A DNA stretch of 64,000 nucleotides from Psammoneis japonica (taxonomy: Eukaryota). The notes under the pieces were generated by a model, which was not told the origin of the DNA, made no database searches, and saw only the letters and a program-made list of their open reading frames with translations. Positions 38,331-50,250 of this stretch are shown piece after piece; position 1 is the stretch's first letter, and each line of letters opens with the position of its first letter. The stretch lies in NCBI GenBank assembly GCA_008632985.1, contig QPGO01000084.1, forward strand, positions 124,001-188,000, written 5' to 3'. The position numbers were made by a program, and so were the translations under genes.

Positions 38331-39284
38331 TTACACACTCTGGAACTCTCCCTTTATTGCTCGTTCACCTTGTGGAACAACATTTTCGAGCCGTTGAATC
38401 AGACGCTTCTGCAATCCAAATTCACTGTCCACCGCTCCCATCAAATGGGATCGACATGCTCACACATGTCTCCGACAAAGGCATACATTAACAAATTGCG
38501 CGACAGCGCTCGATCAATCCCACGCGATCGTAAATAAAACAATTCTTCTTCACTCAAATCCGACACAGTCGCTCCGTGCGTACACTGGACATCATCCGCA
38601 ATAATTTCCAAGGACGGAACGGTCCAAATGCGGGAACGGTCCGAAAGCAGAATGGTACGTGACAATTGTTGACTATCCGTTTGTTGTGCCGATTGCTCCA
38701 CCCGAATGCGTCCACGAAAGGAGGCCGTGGCGCGGCCACCCACCATGTTTTTTGTCCCTGACGACTGACCGTGCCTTGACCGACGTGATGGATATTGGTC
38801 TTCATGTCTCCACGCTGCGCTCCACCGGAAAGCATAAAGCCATTGACCGTAGCACTTGCTTCGGGACGAAGAAGCGAGACGGAGAGTGCGACACGGACGC
38901 GGCCACTTCCGCCGACCCCCAAGAGTGTGCCGGTATACGAGGCAGCGTCACCCATGCAATGAACATCGATTACTTCGAGGTGTGTATCTTGCAGTTCAGC
39001 ACGTTCCGCTTCCACCTCTCGTGGAAGTGGCGTACCTTTTTCAACATCCTCATCATTCAATTCCACACCCGCCGTCACCATGCCACCCGTTTCTTCCAAA
39101 TAGGAATGCGTCACATTGGCGCCCGTCTTGACAAACATTTGCGTTTATCCGTTGCGCAATTTGGGTCGAACCATTTCTCCGGATACATCCAAATCGATGC
39201 AGGACTGAATTAAGGACAAGTTGCTTCCTTCCTCGGCAATGATGAGTGCACGAGGATGACACGAAACGCCCTTTTCACTTTGAT
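38331..39284 (-). pseudogene. sufD: Fe-S cluster assembly protein SufD, 3' part
   Basis: HPRALIIAEEG, FRGRIRVEQSAQQTDSQQLSRTILLSD, PSLEIIADDVQCTHGATVSDL..EELFYLRSRGI. In-frame stop at 39145-47 and frameshifts near 38750 and 38440. Confidence 0.9.
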
Positions 39285-40376
39285 GAGTAAAGGGAAAAAA
39301 GTGTGTCACAAGTGTGTCAAGTGTGTCAGTGTACCATGCCATCACGTAAACTCTACACAAACTGCATCCGGGTGACACACACTCGTTTACTTATGGGTGA
39401 CACACTTAAAAACATAAGGGTGACACACTTACTGACTCACCTTTTTACCGATTTGAATTGCCCCTGACACACTTATTTTTCAATTTCTACAGCCCCCTTG
39501 CCGGTACACAAACATGTAGAATGCACGAAAATCACGACCAAATTGATGGCGGAAAAGGGAAAAGTGTGTTGTACGATATTATGTACCAACGTCTATGCAA
39601 CCAGAATTGGATTAGAGTTTTATGTTTAATCCCGCGGATTTCCGCAGTACTGACCGCGTGGATTTCTACACTGTGCGTTGAATCATCCACGCCTTTTCGT
39701 ATGATGCGAACCACAAAACATCGAAATAGCAAATCGACGCCGACCAACAGGAGCTTCATTTCTTCCGCAACCAACTCTTTCTCTCCTTGTTTCTGCTCTT
39801 CACCAAAACTTGACAAAAACTCTGGTCACACAAAGAAATTAACAGCACTCGTTTTTCTTTTGTGTCTGCCAAATTGTGTCCAGAACACTGTTTCTACAGG
39901 ACTCTGGTACAGATTTTGTGTAGAAAAATTGTGGCACCTGGTTGTCACTAATTCTGCTTTGCCAGTGGTGAACACATTGATCTAGTGTGCTCAGAGCACT
40001 TGCACTGGTTGGAGAAAACCACGAAGAACACCAGCAGGGAAAAAGTTGGCTCATTTCTGCACCAACAAACTTTTCTCACAGCAAGCCCAGGCGCCGGTCG
40101 CCGCCCCTTTCTGGAAAGCCCCCTGCTCCTCTCCTGTTCAGTGTCGTTCCCCAAGAGGCTGAGAAAGTTTTTTGTTCAGATCTGAGCCCAGTGCACAGCA
40201 CTGCATGGTGAGTTCCATCCACACTTTGCAGCTTCTTGCTGGTCTTTGCATTTTTGCAAAAAGGAAGTCTGGCCCACCCGCCGGACGCGGCGGCCCAATT
40301 TTTGGTTTTGACAGACAATCTCAACTCAAGCTTGTTCAACAAATCTTTTCTCCTGAAAAACACCATCAGCTGAGCC

Positions 40377-42420
40377 ATGAGCACCTCCAAGGGCGAGCCT
40401 GAGGATGGGCTCACTCCCCCCCCACAAGCACAGCAAGGCTTCTTTGCTCAGTTTGTGCAGCCCAAGCTTTTGCTGGAGAGGATGGAGTTTGAGCAACGCC
40501 AAAGAGACCTGCTTTTGATGGTGAACAATGCAGCTGGCACCAATCTTGTGCCTCCTGACCTTGCCACACCTTGGCCTGCTCCAGCTCAAGCTGGCTTTTT
40601 GCCAATGCAGCCCAGCTCCAGCCAACCTGCGGCCCGCAGAGCTCAGGTGTCACAGCTGTCGCCGTCCTCCGTTGGCAGGAAAAGCACCCAATCACTGGGG
40701 CAGCCTCACTCTGCTGCCAAAAGCTTCCCCTCTGCCAAAGCTCTGTCTGGCACTTCAGACCTGGGCCCATCTGCTGCCTCTGTCCCTGGCTTGTCCAACA
40801 TCAACGTGGGCTTGCCCGAGCTCCCCAACTCCCACTCTCAAGTGTGGTCTGTTGCTGGAGATTTGCCAGGCCGCTGCCCAGGTGTTGGCTGGGCAATGGG
40901 AGTCTACTCTTGTGTTGAGCGTGGCACCAAAAAGACAATTTGCAAACACTGCTTGGGTGTCCACATTTGCACAGGTTGCAGCCTTTTTGTTGAAAGGCCC
41001 CGCCAGCCACAGGGTGGAAAAAAGAAGTTCATGCCTCCCATGCCATCAAAGCTGGTGTGCCCAAACTGTCCAAGCAACGCAGAGGGCAAGGTGCCAGCAA
41101 TGAAGCACATGCCTTGCACCTGCACAATGACCTTCACAAAGGATGGAGGCTCTGCTTGGCTTGTGCAGCACAAAGGAGCACACAAACACCCCAAGCCCCC
41201 GCCATCAAAGTTGACGCCTCAAGCACAAAGTGCGTTTGACAATCTTGTCCATTTGGCTCCAGAGGCAACTCCATCACAGCTCAGGGTTGGCAACCAAACC
41301 AGGGCACCAGTTTCAAAGCTGCACCCATCATTGTTCAACTTGGACAGAGCGAGTTATTTGCGCCAAAAGGCGCTGAAGCCCATGTCTGTCCGCTCCTCAA
41401 TCGCAGAGCTGGCAAACTTCAGAAATGATGTGGACAGATCCTTCATTCGAAGTGAGCAACTCACCACAGAAAATCAACACATCATTGTGCAAAATGATGA
41501 CATGATTGAGCTGTTGAAAGAAGGCAACAGCCCCCTGCAAACAGACTCTGTGGAAGGTTTTGTTTTTGATCCGGACTTCCAAGGTGAAATCAATGTCACG
41601 TTCACCTCAGGGTTCGACCTCACCCTGCAAATGTGGACCCCTCTTTGCATCAGCATTCTGTTTGGGAAAACAGAAGCCCACTGCAAGGTGCACTGGCAGG
41701 CTGTGCTCCAGTGCACACGAGCTGAGTCGTGGCCACAGTTTGTGGACGAGTTTCCTGGCAACACCAGTGACTTCTCAGATGCCATTCGGAAGGGTTTTTT
41801 TGCAGCCATGAAAGTGTTTGCAAAAGAAAAGTTTGACCAGGCAAAGGTTGCAGATGAAGAAACCAACCACCTTTGCAAGTTTTGCAATGTTCACTTTGAG
41901 AGGTCACGTGCCAGAGTTGCCCGCAACAGAGGTGTTGTCTCTGCTGATTTGGAGGGCGAGTTTGACTGCCAGGTAAATGAGATGAGGTCATTTGCACAAG
42001 GACAGTGCGAAAAGTTGGAGAGCAGCTGCAAACTGTTCTTCAAGTGCTTCCCAAAGGCCACTTCTTGGTTAAAGTGGCACCTCAATCCCAAACGAGCCAC
42101 AATTTTTTTCGATGCTTGCAAAAATCTCAATGAAAGGCAGGCAAAAAAAATGACAGCCTTTGTGATGACACCAATGCTCAAGAGAATGTTGGGAAGCGTT
42201 TTCAAACATGCACAGTCAGGAAAAAAATGACAGTTGGAGAAACGCTTCTTCATGCATGGAAGTTCTGCAACTCCGATCAACAAGACAGGAAGGCAGTTCA
42301 GGCTGGGCTCCCCACTCGTCATGGCGCTTTTCAGACAGTTGAGAGTGGCTGCAACAGTCCAAGGAAAAGGAGCAAAAAGCGCAAGTTCACAAATGATGGG
42401 AGAGCTCCTGACATGTCAGA
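40377..42420 (+). pseudogene. MULE transposase with GCM-like Zn/DNA-binding domain
   Basis: CLGVHIC..C...RP...CPNC..HMPC...HKGAHKHPKP; DDE-core-like LQTDSV, TSDFSDAIRKGF, CNVH (CxxH), WLKWH; DTNAQE follows a frameshift in an A8 run (~42143-42150). Confidence 0.75.
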
Positions 42421-42559
42421 AAAGCTGCTCAAGCGATCACGAAAAACTTCCAAAAAAGACGCATCAACAATGCCAAGCAAGACACAAATGCAAACATCAG
42501 TCACAGACTTCTACTCTTGGGATGACCCCAATTCCATGATGGCCAGGATGTTTGACCCA

Positions 42560-44897
42560 CCAAGGTGGGGTGTGGAGGGCACCCCCTCACGCAGAGGAAT
42601 CACAAACACATGCCCTGTGGACAGCTTTGCTGTTCTTTTTGGAGGCCTTGACCACCTTGGTCTGCTGAACAGGCCAATGGCTGAGCTTCAACAGCCTGAT
42701 CACCTGTTGGCAAGAACTGTGGCTCTGATGAAGGTGGGCAGGCATGATGATGCTCGCCATCTTTGGGTGGCTGACCGGACAGTGCTGCCTTGCATGGATC
42801 GCACAGTGGTGAGGAGCAGCACACATGCAAAAAAGTTTGACATGTTTGGCCCATCAATTTCGGTTGTTTTTGGTCACCCATTCTTAGAGTCATTCGAGTT
42901 TCAGGTCAAATTTGAGTGCAACTGCACTGGTGGAAAAGATTGGTGCCCCAATGCACAGCCAACCAATGTGACAGAAACACGCACTGTTGTTGAGTGCATC
43001 GATGACCTCTCTCAGCTGCAAGAGACACTTGACAGGTGGGTGGGTGAGCACCTTTCAAGCTGTGCATGTCTGGAAGGTGGCGGAAAGGAGATGTCTCCTG
43101 ATGACCTGCAGCAGCTTAACTGGGAGACTGACACCACTTTGCAGGCAACAGTGGGTGCACACGCGGGCAATGCCTGTGGCGGCACTGTTTTTTCATCTGG
43201 AAAAAGAGTCATCAGGTGCCCTCATTTCTTGGTGTGTCACGGGCCAGCAAAAGGTCCCACATCTGACTTGTCAACTGTCCCAAAGTCCACAATCTTTGCA
43301 GGAAAAAGAGGGCTGCTCAGGGGGACCATCAACACACAAAACAACATGCACCACACTTGCTGCATCAAGCTGCCTGTGGTGGAAAACAGAAGAACAGCTT
43401 CATTGCACCACAAGGTGCGCCATGGGCAGGGTGCCAGCAGAAGACATCAAGAATCTTGTGGAAGAAGCAACTGGGCTTCCCAATCATCAAGATCTCTGGG
43501 ACATGGCTGCAGAGTTGGGCATTTCTTTTGCGAGCCAACCTGGCAGTGAGCAAAAGGAGACACAGCCTGCTCAGACAAGTGTGAACAGTGCGCTCTTTGA
43601 GGGAGAAACAGTGTCGCTGCCTGTCATCAAATGGGGTGTGGACCCAACACCAAAGCTCTGTGAGTTGACCAACACGTGTTCGCTGGACTCAAATTTGGCA
43701 TTGATGTGGATTTTGCTGAGAAACAATGGTTTCACCAGCAACTCAGTTGCACCAAAAGCTCACACTCTGCACAAGGCAATGAAGATGATTGACAAAGGTC
43801 AGTCAGGAGAAGCAAGGCACATGATCCACAGGTCTGCCCCCCTCTCTCCACAGCAGAAGACACTGCAGATTTCAAACAACCCACAAAATGTTGTTGTGGA
43901 CTGCTGGGAAAGTGCAGGACTGAGGGCACAACACTTGCTGCAAGGAGGAGCCAAGCACAAGTTTCAAATCACACTGACCAGCTGTGCCAATCCATTGTGT
44001 CTGTTTGATTGCAAAATGTCAAAGTCAACAGCAAATCAAGCTGTTGCTTCCCAGAACTCAAAGTGGACTGACCTTGAGTTTTTTGAATCTGAAATTTTCA
44101 AAAAGCAAAGGAGAGTAAATTGCGCGATGTGTCATGAAAGGACAACTGTGAAAACAGAGGAGCTGTTGTCATTTGAGTCCAACTTGTTGGTTGCAGACAT
44201 GGGGCTTGGGGTGGACGAAAGTGGAAACAGCAGCATTTCCTCTCAAAGATTCAACACTTTGCCATTTGTTGTTCCTCACAAACACAAAGAACTGCATTTC
44301 AAGGGAGCAATTTTGGCAACCAACAACCACTTCAAAACCATTGTAAAGTTGCCAAACTGCTTTGTTGCACATGATGGCATGTGCACTCCACAATGTCAAG
44401 TGCACTCTCTTGAGGTCACAGAGGCGGAGGCAAAAGACATGCAAAACAATGGAGAGACTGAGTTTCATCTGCAGTGGCTTTTGCACGAAGTGTTGGACAG
44501 GGAGAACAGAGCAGTTCTTGCCAGCCCAGAGAAACAACTTCCAGAAAACCTTGACATGCAACATGACAGCACAGTGGAGGAGTTTCCAGAAAACATGGAG
44601 CCCCAAGATCAACCAAAGGAGCTTCCAGAAAATCATCCGCAGCCAGAAGCAGCTTCATCAACAACCACAGAATTGGCAAATGGCAGCTCTCAAGAGGAGC
44701 TCAGGTTTGTGTTTGTGGACACAATGGAGTCCTGGAGAAAGTGCAGGGGATGTGAAGGAAGAGTTAAGAAAGGGCAGGAGGCAATGCAGGTGAGGGTGCG
44801 GAGAAGGCCAAAGAAGGAAATCTTCTGCCACACAACAACAGAGTGTGTTCAAAACACACTGTTTTCACTGCAGGCGAAGATGGAGATGCAATGTTAG
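42560..44897 (+). pseudogene. MULE-borne region with two papain/USP-like protease domains and a C-terminal Zn finger
   Basis: Duplicated module WGV..TP....TNTCPVDS / WGV..TP....TNTCSLDS with downstream His boxes (NNMHHT; NNHFKT...AHDGM); RKCRGC...CHTTTEC. Confidence 0.55.
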
Positions 44898-45209
44898 ACT
44901 CATTTTGCAGCCAGGACCTTGCTCATTTGGAGAGCGATGCTGTGACAAAAGCACAAAGGGTGCTCCAGTCACTGTTGGACACAGAAACAAGCAGCGCCCC
45001 CCCTTGAGGGCATCGCCAGGCAACCAGGAGAAGAGCTGCCTGGTGCCCCAAAAAGCTCACTTCCATCTGACTTTTTTGGCTGTGTGGAGACTTGTTTTGT
45101 CACATCACATTTTACCACATCATTTTGGTTTGTGACAAAATTGCATTTCATGTCACTTGGTTACGTGCACATTGTGAAAGTGTGGCATTTAATTGTGTGT
45201 TTGACTCAA

Positions 45210-46000
45210 GTGCAACATCACATCACACCACATGACACAACATGACACAATGTGACATTGTGCCATGTGATGTCACACAACATGATGTGATGTCAAATGG
45301 TGTGGCTGTTTTGTGTCATGTGATGAACTGCACAAATGTCAATTGTCTGTCTCAAGTTCTGCAATTTAGTTTGTGACAACATTTCATTTTTTGGTGTCAT
45401 GTGATGAGCTGCAAAATTGTCAATTGTCTGTGTCAAGTTGTGCAATTTTGTCAAATGCAGAGCAAAGCAAATTCAGACATTGGTTCTGCAAAGTCGTGCA
45501 ATTTTGTTGAATGCAGAGCAAAGCAAGTTCAGACATTGGCTCTGCAAAGTTGTGCAATTTTGTCAAATGCAGAGCAAAGCAAATTCAGACATTGGTTCTG
45601 CAATTTCATTTAAATTCAGACATTGGTTCTGCAATTTTGTTCAATGCTCACACCAGGTTAAATTGAAAATTTGCTCATCTCAGGTGAAATTGTGGCACAA
45701 TTCAAGCACCATTGCATGCAGCGTGATGGTAAATCCAGACATGGGCTCTTCAACATTTAGCTCATCTCAGCTCATTTTAGGTCAATGTGACATGATGTCA
45801 ACACATTAAGTTGCACAATGTCACACGTGAACGAAATTGTTGTGTGTTTGGCTGAAGTGCAAAATCATGTCATCATGTGACATGACATGACATGTCATCA
45901 TGTGACATCACATGACATGATGTGACACAACAAACATGGCATGACAACATGTGGGTGTAAATGCCGGTTTAGTGTTGACACATGAAGTCACACAATGTCA
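45210..46000. repeat. Low-complexity block: 5-bp periodic YRYNR microsatellites flanking ~57-bp tandem repeats
   Basis: catca/catga/cacaa/tgtga/tgtca runs at 45215-45295 and 45865-45950; gtgcaattttgtcaaatgcagagcaaagcaaattcagacattgg x3 at ~45440-45600. Confidence 0.8.
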
Positions 46001-46023
46001 CACATCAAGGAGTTTCTGCACCA

Positions 46024-47217
46024 TCACATGCAGCGCAAGATTTTTTCAGCCTTTGCCGGATCTGGTGGACAAGCCTTCATTGCGTTTTTCAACTTGGCGC
46101 GACTGCTTTTGTCCAAGGCTTTCAACACACAAACCTTCTCTCCTCCAATTCTCTCAAAACAATCCAACATGGTCACCTTTGTTTTGAAGTCTTTGTCGCT
46201 TTTGTGGCCCTCCTGAAACTCAACGCAGCCATGCCATGCCTTGGTCACAGCAGCTGCAGATCGACCTTTAAAAGGGTTGGACTTGTGCTTGTCCTGTTGC
46301 TCGTCCTGCGGCTCGCACTGCTCCTCCTGTGGCTCATCATGCCTCTGCTGCTCGTCCTGCAACTCCTGCGGCTTGTCCTTCTGCCCATCCTCCCCATCAC
46401 CCACCTGCTCATCTTCCTCAGGTTGGTCCTTGTCCCCAATGTGGTGCTGTTCGTAGTTCTTTGGATCCTTGAGATTTCCCCTGGGGGCAAGTCGGTGCGA
46501 CAAAATGGTCTTCATTGCCATCTGCTTTTTCCTTCCATGTTGTGCAACAATGGCATCCTCTGCTGCCACCGGGCACCTGTTCCTGGGCTCATGTGCTTCA
46601 ACAACAGCAACCTCTGGGAAGGCCTTGCCACCGTGGCCCGCCGGTGCGTCTTCTTCTGCCATGCCCTTGTGACGGGATTTGTTGGGCTTCTTTCCTGTCT
46701 TGTTGCTCTTCTTCTTCCTGTGTTTCTGGGGCAACTTCGCCACCTTTACATCATCAGAGCTGTCAGCAGCAACAGCATCATCAGAGGAGCTGCAGGCAGA
46801 GGAACCGTCAGTGTCCTCAGAGACATCATCATCCAAGTCGCTGTTTGGAGCCGTCTTCCTTTTCTTGTTGGTGCCCTCAGAGACATCATTTTTTCCCCTT
46901 TTCTTCTGAAGACTCTTCAAGTGCTTCCTCCAGGCCTCAAAGTGCACACATTTGGGGCCATGCTTCTGGCAGCAGCTGGTGAGGGTGGTGGCTTTCTGGA
47001 TGGAATGCTCCACCCCATGCTCGGCGGCGCAAGGCAAACAAATGTGCTTGGTGGGTGTTTCCTCCACCATGCTGGGTGTCACCATGTTGTTTGCCCCACC
47101 TCCTGTGGATGCGGCAAAACAACGGATTCCTCCTTCCCTCATGGAAGTCTTGACAGCTGCCTTTAGTGCACGAAAGTCATTCTTTACACTTGACGACATC
47201 ATGGTCCACCAACACAC
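46024..47217 (-). pseudogene. Second, convergent MULE ORF (accessory, charged low-complexity)
   Basis: Long minus-strand ORF near the right TIR with K/D/E/Q-rich tracts. The convergent two-gene layout is typical of MuDR-like elements. ORF length is partly inflated by stop-codon loss. Confidence 0.45.
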
Positions 47218-47480
47218 AAACGATGTGAATGTGAACTTGGACGGTGTGCACCGCAGTGGGTGGCCGCGCGTCAGCTCAGAATTCTGATTGCATCGTGTGG
47301 TGGTGGCTCCTCTTCACATGCACACGTGGCAGCGTGTGCGGGCCTTCTGTCACTGGACGTCACCGTGACGTTGTTTTAATCGCACTGGACGAAACGCGCG
47401 CAAAATTGCACGTAAAAAATTGACACACTTGAGTGGCACACTCATGACACACTTGATGACACACTTTTTTCCCTTTCCCC

Positions 47481-47990
47481 CACTTTGATCACTGCTGTTT
47501 CCACTGTCGGCCGTCATGGCATTGACCAAAAGAACGGGTTTATCCTCATTTTGAGAAGCATGTCGAACACGCGCCACGGCGCCGGCTCGAATGGTGTTTG
47601 GGGCGGCAAAGCATGCTGTGCCTTGTTGAGCATCAATGGCAAATTGACTGGTGGGATCACCCATGTTGTGATCGGGTCCACTGAGTTTGCGATGCGACGA
47701 CAGCAGGGGGGTCAGACGGTCAATGATGACATTTCGTCACTTTAAAAAGGGGTCATTTCTTTGCTCAAGGGGGTTGTTGAGGGACGAGGCAAGTGACCGA
47801 GCACTGCAACAACTGTCCCGCCTGATGTCACCGCATCTGCAAGTTGCCATGAGAGCCAGCCGAAAACGCTCTGCGCGGGGGGGGGGCATGACCTGGTGCA
47901 TCCGCAAGCTGAGTGACTTCCGCCGCTCACACAAGCTCGCTCTGCGCGTGACTTCTCCACACCATGATCACGCTTTTGGGTCAAATTGAA
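47481..47990 (-). pseudogene. sufD: SufD upstream part (TpA-depleted), continuing across the MULE
   Basis: SHRKLSGPDHNMGDPTSQFAIDAQQGTACFAAPNTIRAGAVA...KPVLLVNAMTADSGNSSDQS joins in frame to EKGVSCHPR at 39275 once the element is removed. Far boundary approximate. Confidence 0.8.
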
Positions 47991-50250
47991 GCTCCAAAGA
48001 AATGTGGGGGGAGGCGCAAAGCCCGTGTGAGACCTCCTTGCAGCTCTTGCAACAAAAAACACATCCAGCAGTGCACTGTCATGGCAGGAGACAAGGCAAG
48101 TCATGGTGCCCACACAGCGACTTTGTCGTGCCTGGTGAAAACAGCGGACAGCCACAGCATCAAAAGTTGCTGTTCTTGGCACTGGAGGAGCTCAAGACGC
48201 GCTCTGCAAGTCCAGCCAGGTGAGGGGCACTCCCAACTGGGAGGTCTGCAAGTGGTGGGTGAGGGGCCTTGCCTGCCTCCTCGCGCCACTCACTGGACTG
48301 TGCACACGAGACTTTTTTAGATGATGATGCCACACCACATTTCTGCGTGCTGTCTTCTGCAAAATTGTTCCAGGCTCCTTTTTTTTGTGAAGCCAAACAA
48401 GGCTTTTTATTTTCCACATTTGTGAGAACGAAAACAGTGTGCTTCAAATGTGGAGGAGGAGGCACTTTCACAAAATGGCCCATTTTTCTGTTGGCAACCA
48501 CAGAGCATCTTGCACACAGAATCTGCAGGCAAATGCCACACAGCCCCACCCAGGGCTGGTGAGCACATCTCAAAAAGGAGGCAAGATCTGGCGGCTGCTC
48601 TGCGGACAGCTGTGGAAAAGAAAACACAAGCAGCGATGGTGACACTTCTGCCTCCTGGATTTTTGACTGGTCAATGTGGGCGACAGGCAGGCTCTGCAGC
48701 TGACTCTGGATGGGCCAGAGCAATCTCTTGTGGAAAAATGACAAACCTTGAGTTCAATCTTTTGCAGAGGATGAAAGAAATGACAAAGCGAGCACGGAGA
48801 AAGGAGTCATGAAAAAGCTGAAGCTTCCAACTTGCTGCATGTCCTGAGAGAACAAGGTGTCAATTTCATGACACGCTGCACATCATGCAAGCAGCAAAGG
48901 CAAGTTGGTGTGCCAGGCACATGTGTGCAAAAACATGCAGACACATCTTCAATCTGGCAGCCAGCTGTGCTGAACAAGCTCTGTGGCCCACCTGATGGCA
49001 CTCTGCATGTGGCTATGCCAACCCAGATGTGGTGCATGCCTTTCAACAAAAGTCAAAGTGAACAATGTTTTGAAAGCATTGGCGAGTGGTGCCAAGCAAA
49101 AGAAGAACAAAGATTGCTCCCCTTGCTGCTGTGAGGCATTTGTGTTGGCCATGTGAAGCAAAAGTGGCAGGAGCCAGCCAACACACACAAAGAGACCAAG
49201 TCAGAAGCTGTGGCCTTGCACAGAGGAGACAGAGGGGGCACTGCAGTGGCAACAATGACTGTGCAGGGCAGTGATGTGCACAGGCTCAGATGCTTGACTG
49301 GGCAAGAGAGTGGAACATTTGCAGGTGCAAATGTTGGGAACATTTTGCAGCAAAAAAGTTGCTTGATTTTTGTGGTTGCACTCATGGGTTTTTCCCAATT
49401 TCTGTTGGGACTCTCTCTGTTTTGTGTGCCAGCTTTGGCTTTTCATCACAGCAAGAAAGTTTTGTGACAATGATGGTCAAAGTGCACCACAAAATGCAAA
49501 CAGCACAGCCATTTGGCGCCAGCCATGGGAATCTCATCAGTCTGGCGCCACAGCACATGTTTCAGCAGCAGGTGTCAGTGCTTGATGGCCCTGCTGCAGG
49601 CATTTTGTTGTGGCCACATTTTGTCTTCTGCCACACTGGGGGAACCACAATCTCTCTCCACAGAGTTCCGTGGCATTTTTGTGTGGAGCCACTGACAAAA
49701 CTGACCTGCGGTCATGCCGCTGTTGCTCTCATCAGAGAGGTTCTGCAGCAGGGGATGCCAGCAGATCACAGGTGAGCTGCCAGCTCTGATTTCAAGAGGA
49801 AGGGCTGAAAACAAAGTTCTGTTGAAGAAATGGGCAGTCAGCTGACAAACAGAGCACTCCTCCGCCCTTGGGCTGACTCTTCCAGTGCCCAAAATGTGCA
49901 CGATGTGCTCTTGACCTGAGGGCTGGCTCAAGACAACACCTTGCACCATCTCCAATTGCCAAAACAAAGATGTGGTGTGCCCACATCATTTCATCCTGCT
50001 TGAAAGATCTTTCGCACTTGATCCACACCTCTCCCCATTGAATGCTCCTCACACAGAAATCACAAGAGCTGTTGGTGTGCCGCTGTGATGGTGTCAGTTG
50101 AGACTCCAATTCTTGCGGTCCATGCTGTTGCGATGAGACAAGGCAAACAAGGACAACAGCAGTCCAAACAGTGGTGTGCTGCAGCCGGTGACGTGACGCG
50201 ACGTGGATGGCTGATGAGTGATGCATGAGATGATGAGAGCGATGAGCGAT
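47990..50250. other. Unclassified TpA/CpG-depleted degenerate sequence
   Basis: Same compositional signature as the neighbouring transposon; no motif that I can assign. Confidence 0.5.

Larger units (their letters stand above)
39285..47480 (+). mobile_element. Mutator-like (MULE) DNA transposon, 8.2 kb, inserted in sufD
   Basis: 9-bp TSD cactttgat (39276-39284, 47481-47489); TIR aaagggaaaaaagtgtgtca (39289-39308) versus tgacacacttttttcccttt (47457-47476); subterminal tgacacac repeats. The sufD frame resumes exactly across the TSD. Confidence 0.92.

Noticed and set aside
40377..44897. Alternative genetic code or a Tyr-avoiding proteome
   Set aside because: TA is missing in all frames and in non-coding DNA, and neighbouring genes use Tyr, TAA and TAG normally.
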